A DNA stretch of 64,000 nt from Octopus vulgaris (lineage: Eukaryota): positions 3,534,001-3,598,000 of the forward strand of contig OX597833.1 in the NCBI GenBank assembly GCA_951406725.2, in the 5' to 3' direction. This document shows positions 58,330 through 64,000 of the stretch, piece by piece. The notes beneath the pieces are model-generated. The model saw nothing but the letters and a program-made list of their open reading frames with translations. It did not search any database and was not told where the DNA came from. Each line of letters begins with the position of its first letter. The stretch's first letter is position 1. The position numbers and the translations under genes were made by a program.

Positions 58330-58588
58330 AGAAAAACCCTTATTAAGCAATTCAATAGTGAAAGATGTTATTCACACCTTATAGAAAAAATTAAATATTC
58401 TATAAAATACATTATTCTAAAAATCAATAAAGTACATAATAAATAGTAAACACGTGTAGTCAATTTACTATTTATTGTTTATGTACTTTATTGATTTTTA
58501 GAATAATGTATTTTATTGAATATTTAATTTTTTCTATATGGTGTGAATAACATCTTTCCCTATTGAATTGCTTAATAGAGGATTTTCT
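58330..58588. repeat. AT-rich ~260-bp palindrome
   Basis: tattaagcaattcaatag.gaaagatgtta...aaatagtaaa pairs with tttactattt...taacatctttc.ctattgaattgcttaata. Confidence 0.85.
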
Positions 58589-58810
58589 CTAAATTATATA
58601 CGTATATTATATATTGTGAAATTTGATTTAAAATTGCTAAATTGAATTTTTCCCTATAAGTTTGGAATTATATTCCCTACTATTTTATATATATATCAGA
58701 GGAAAAAGGACATATATTATATATTAGAGGAAAAAGGACAATGAAAACCAAGGTAGGACGAGTATCTCAAGTCATTTATAATAATTTAATTAGGGTAAGG
58801 TTAATTTGAA

Positions 58811-58888
58811 GTCTTACAGCTGTTTCTGAGATATCCCAAGTGATAGGCTAGTATGTCTGTTCACTGGGTGTTCCACCATCAGAGAGAC
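58811..58888 (-). ncRNA. Degenerate type I hammerhead motif with long stem II
   Basis: gucucu CUGAUGG ..CCCAGUGA...UCACUUGGG.. GAAAC AGCU GUA AGAC; A9 is replaced by G. Confidence 0.5.
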
Positions 58889-59559
58889 AAAGTGAGTATC
58901 TATGAAAGTTCTACACAGGGAAGAGATACTCGGCCTGCCCTGGTTTTTGTAGTCCTTTTCCTCTTATACCTGCAAACACAGAAGCTTAATACAGATCCCT
59001 AGCTCCAGCCTCAGCTGTGAACTTGGAACTTAACGGATGACCAATTATAGCACTTACCCAGCCTTCCTATTCGTTTAGATCACCAGTATACTAAACCCCT
59101 ATTATATATATGTTGTATGTGTGAAGGCGCATGGCTCAGAAGTTAGAGTGTCGAGCTTACAGTCGTAAGGTTGTGAGTTCAATTCCTGGACCGGGCTATA
59201 TGTTGTGTTCTTGAGCAAGACACTTTATTTCACGTTGCTCCAGTTCACTCAGCTGTAGAAATGATTTGTGATGTCACTGGTGCCAAGCTGTATTGGCCCC
59301 TTTGCCTTTCCCTTGGATAACATCGGTGGCGTGGAGAGGCGGGGGACTGGTATGCACAGGTGACGGCTGGTCTTCCATAAAAACAACCCCAGGTTGTGCG
59401 TTCACCAGTGAGGCAACTTTCCTCCCAGACTTGTACCCCAGAAGGCGCCCACTTAGGTGCACCCATAATCATTCGTGCCCGACCGAGTCGAGTGTATATG
59501 TGTGCAAATGCCCCTATATATACATATATGTAAGCATATGTGCCTACATATATGTAGGC

Positions 59560-59945
59560 TTCTGTGCCGGTTGCACATAAAAAGCAACATCCGAACGTGG
59601 CCGATGCCAGCGCCGCCCCGACTGGCTTCTGTGCCGGTGGCACATAAAAAGCACCATCCGAACGTGGCCGTTGCCAGCGCCGCCTTGGCTGGCTTCCATG
59701 CCGGTGGCACGTTAAAAGCTCCAACCGATCGTGGTCGATGCCGCACCCCCCTGGCACCTGTGCAGGTGGCATGTAAAAAGCACCCACTACACTCGCGGAG
59801 TGGTTGGCGTTAGGAAGGGCATCCAGCTGTAGAAACTCTGCCAGATCAGACTGGAGCCTGGTGCAGCCTCCTGGCTTCCCAGACCCCGGTCGAACCGTCC
59901 AACTCATGCTAGCACGGAAAACGGACGTTAAACGATGATGATGAT
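59560..59945 (+). mobile_element. RTE-derived repeat copy with tandem units
   Basis: gtgccggtggcac.taaaaagcacc units, ggcgttaggaagggcatccagc, (ATG)n tail. Confidence 0.78.
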
Positions 59946-60818
59946 GTCTGTGTGTATAAATTTATATGTGTATGGATGTCTGTGTCTTTGCAGGTATGTG
60001 TGTATGTATAGAGAGAGCGAAAATAAGAATTTCAACGTTTAATATTTTCAACAAAAATATTTCTTTATCTCACCACAAAACTTTTTATTGTTGAACAAGA
60101 CTCTTAACTCTTCTTGCTCAGCAAAGAAATGTTAAACAATAAATAAAATTTAAAAAAAAAGCAAAGTAAACTAAGTTACCTTGCATATGTTTGTTTGTCT
60201 GAGCCATTTCAGCTACGACCATGCTGGGGCACTGCTTGTATACTTGCGTTAAAAAAATTTATTTTACGTTTCAATGTAATTTGTTGTTTTTTTCACAATA
60301 TTTTGTTATTTGTTTTTATTGAGGGGGGGGGTGGAATTTAAATAAAAAATTTTATTTCTTTTTTTTGGCACTGATGTCAGTTTGAAATAATTATCCAAAA
60401 TGCAAAAATGAAATCCTCTAAAACAAAAACAAAATCTGCAAAAAAAATTTTTTGTGAGGGTCATTCAATAAGAAACACACACACTGCTTCACTTTCACTT
60501 CATTATCATCATTATAATCGTCATCAAGATGGTGAGCTGCCAGAATCATTAGTGTGTTAAACAAATACTCCATGGCACTTTTCCTAGCTCTTTACATTCA
60601 AATTCAAATTCTACTAAAACTGACTTTGTTTTTAGTTCTTTAAGGATCAATGAAATAAGAACCAGTCAAGTACAGGGGGTCCATGCAATCAACCGACCTC
60701 CACCCATTTCAGACTTTGTAGCTATAGTAGAAAGGATTAAGGCAGAAATTTTAGTACACTCCTGCACCTGTTATTTTGGGGGTTTTTTTTCATACATCAT
60801 AAATCAAAAAAATCAAAA

Positions 60819-61384
60819 TCAAATCAAATCAAAATCGATGAACATCAATGGAATTTGCATTTTTGTGGTACTAGTGCCGGTGGCACATAAGAAAACCATC
60901 CGAACGTGGCCGTAGCCAGTAACGCATCGACTGGCCTCTGTGCTGTGGGCACGTAACAAACACCATATCCGATCGTGGCCGTTCGCCAGCCTCATCTGGC
61001 GCCTGTGTCGGTGGCACATAAAAAACACCATCCGAGCGTGGCTGTTCGCCAGCTTCGTCTGGCACCTGTGTCGGTGGCACATAAAAAACAGCATCCGAGC
61101 GTGGCCGTTCGCCAGCCTCGTCTGGCACCTGTGTCGGTGGCACATAAAAAACACCATCCAAGCGTGGCCGTTCGCCAGCCTCGTCTGGCACCTGTGTCGG
61201 TGACACATAAAAAGCACCCACTACACTCTCGGAGTGGTTGGCATTAGGAAGGGCATCCAGCTGTAGAAACACTGCCAGATCTGACTGGCCTGGTGCAGCC
61301 TTCTGGCTTCCCAGACCCCGGTTGAACCGTCCAACCCATGCTAGCATGGAAAGCGGACGTTAAACGATGATGATGATGATGATG
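60819..61384 (+). mobile_element. RTE-derived repeat with six tandem 63-66-bp units
   Basis: Units start at 60873, 60939, 61004, 61067, 61130 and 61193; (ATG)n tail. Confidence 0.8.
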
Positions 61385-62592
61385 AACCCCTGGAGGGACA
61401 AAACACAAAGCTGGCCTCAGTGAGATTTGAACTCACAACATAAAGAACTAGAAGATATGCTACAAGGAATTTTATCCAATGTGCTCACGGTTCCACCAGT
61501 GTGACACTTATAGTGACTAATAGTAGTAGTGTTAATAATAATAATAATAAGACTTTCTTTCTACTATAGGCAGAAGGCCTGAAATTTCAGGAGAGCAGGG
61601 TTAGTTGATTACATCGACCCCAGTACTCAACTGGTACTTAATTTCATTGACTCTGAAAAGCAAAGTCAACCTTGGCAGAATGTAACAATAGATGAAATGC
61701 CACCAAGCACTCAGCCCAGCATGCTAACAACCCTACCAGCTTGCCACCTTAATAATAATGAAGTGAAATAGCACCAGTGTGTGTGTTTCATACTGGCATA
61801 ATGACCCACCCAACATCTGTTTCAATGTAGAATTTCACATCAAGAATCTTGCAAAAATACAAAATCAAAATAGTATTATAATTATTTTCTACAAAACAGT
61901 ATTTCTTTTATTTTAGTTTTTTTTCTTTTTTTGACACTTTTTTTTTTTATCAAACAACATTTTTTGTTTTTATCAAACATACATTTATTGGCAGCAAAAA
62001 AAAAAAACATATATATATATAGATATATATATAAACTGGAAATAAAAAAATTTGTCATGCACATATGTAATGAAATGGAAAAAATACCTAAGGATAAATT
62101 ATATTTCTCATCTCCACCCGGGTAGCACATTTGATGTATCTATCTTTTTATGGTTTACTTGTTTCAGTCATTAGACTGTGACCATGCTGGGGCAGCGCAT
62201 TGAAGAAATTTTAATTAAACAAATCAACCTCAGTAGTTATTAATTTTTGTGAAAAGCCTGGTACTTATTCTGTTGATTACCTTCGCCAAACTGCTAAGTT
62301 ACAGGGACATAAACACACCAATGCTGGTTATTAAGTGGTTGGGGGGGACAAACACAGATGTATGTGTGTGTGTGCACAGGCATGGCAATGTGGTTAAAAA
62401 ATCTCACATTGGCGCAGGAATGGTCGTGTGGTAAGAAGCTTGCCTCTCAACCACATGGTTCTGGGTTCAATCCTACTGCGTGGTCCTTTACTTTAGCCTT
62501 GGGCCAACAAAAGCCTTGTGAGTAGATTTGGTAGACGGAAACTGAAAGAAGCCCATCATTTATATAAATATGTGTGTATATTTATATAAATA

Positions 62593-62993
62593 GGCGCAGG
62601 AGTGGCTGTGTGGTAAGAAGCTTCCTAACCAACCACATGGTTCCGGGTTCAGTCCCACTGCGTAGCACTTTGGGCAAGTATCTTCTACTATAGCCTCGGG
62701 CCGACCAAAGCCTTGTGAGTGGATTTGGTAGACGGAAACTGAAAGAAGCCCGTCGTATATATGTATATATATATATATATACGTGTGTGTCAGTGTGTTT
62801 GTCCCCCTAGCATTGCTTGACAACCGATGCTGGTGTGTTAATGTCTCCGTTACTTAGCGGTTCGGCAAAAGAGACCGATAGAATAAGTACTGGGCTTACA
62901 AAAGAATAAGTCCCGGGGTCGAGTTGCTCGATTAAAGGCGGTGCTCCAGCATGGCAGCAGTCAAATGACTGAAACAAGTAAAAGAGTAAAGAG
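62593..62993 (+). mobile_element. CORE-like SINE, full length (degenerate neighbours on both sides)
   Basis: Same consensus as 38348-38756. Confidence 0.85.
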
Positions 62994-64000
62994 TGCCCCC
63001 CCCCCCCACTATCGCTTGACAACTGATGGTGTGTTTACGTTTCCATAACTTAGTGGTTTGGCAAAAGAGACCGATAGAATATGTGTATTAGGCTTACAAT
63101 GAATAGGTCCTGGGGTTGATTTGTTCGACTAACGGCAGTCCTCCAGCACCACGCCAGATATTTTAACAATTTTCTTTTTTAAACAATTCTGAATAATGTC
63201 AGCATGGACAACAGACGTGTGATGATGATAAAAATATATTAGGATCTTTTTAAACATGAGGGCCCATCTGAGTAGGGTAGAAATCAAAAGGGTTCATAGG
63301 TAAAAAAAAAAATGATTGAGAACTAGGGGTTTGGAGTATGATAGAAGGACAGAAATGGGTGTCTAAAGGAGAGACATGGCTACCCCAGTTGGAAAAGGAG
63401 AAAAGATGGTGAAGAAGTGAGAGGATACCCATAAGTTTCAGGAAGATGAATATAAGGGGTCCAGAGGATTGGACTGGATCAATGAGGAAGTATGGTCACG
63501 AGGGTGGCAGAGGGATGGAATTGGTGATAAGAGGTGAATGCAGGGTAATAATAATAAAAAGATTAACCCTTTTGTTGCCAGATTATTCTGTCAGATGCTT
63601 GTTTGAACTTAAAATGGGTGGACAATTTTGGCTGGATAAGGCTGGATTAAATGCTAAAGGGTTAAAGTGAGTACCCGGGTGGACATGAGAAACATAAATC
63701 TCTTTTATTCTTAGAGAAACAAAAAACAAAAACACAAAAGTAGTGCACCATCTAGAAACTGTGTAATACAAATATCTAAATTTGTGGTTCTATACAACCC
63801 ACATCTGCTCAGAAAATTGCACATGAAAGGGAGAAAAGGGGCAGAATATTTTTTCTGCTCTTAGTTACAAACGCCAGAAAGTAAGACATGATCACATGCA
63901 AGCCAACAAGGGAACTTCAAAGTGGTCTGTTGACATGCTAGAAATGGCAGTAATATCTCCTTCAAATCACATCCTATTGTTTTAAAAGAGGAAAGGAAGA

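Noticed and set aside
60873-61218. Regularly spaced repeats resembling a CRISPR array, or pistol/twister/HDV ribozymes
   Set aside because: The intervening sequences are themselves repeated, the context is eukaryotic with no cas genes, and the catalytic consensus of those ribozyme classes could not be matched.

Overview
This is eukaryotic, AT-rich genomic DNA saturated with microsatellites. The repeat content (tRNA/CORE SINEs, RTE-derived elements with (ATG)n tails, very long (AT)n/(CA)n/(ATT)n tracts) is what I recognise from Octopus; the species call is an inference. Three host genes are supported, all on +: (1) the last five coding exons of an SLC17 sialin-like MFS anion transporter (9312-25066; 5' exons lie outside the window); (2) an intronless NAD(P)HX epimerase, NAXE (39834-40616); (3) a single-exon ORF with 14 C2H2 zinc fingers (55430-56737). 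Nearly all other ORFs in the track are microsatellite or SINE artefacts. Transposon content includes Tx1/L1, CR1-like, CRE-like, Tc1, mariner, hAT, Helitron and MITE pieces. The main unexpected signal is at least nine type I hammerhead-ribozyme (HHR) motifs from about seven unrelated sequence families. They have short palindromic stem III and a non-canonical or extra base at the foot of stem II, and several sit inside long fold-back palindromes. Two lie sense within SLC17 introns. This points to a dense population of non-coding Penelope-/retrozyme-like self-cleaving elements. Secondary signals are a young Tx1-like LINE inserted twice into (GATA)n and a tandem compact-pseudoknot array in an RTE-derived repeat. 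All RNA structures were folded by eye; none was computed or tested.
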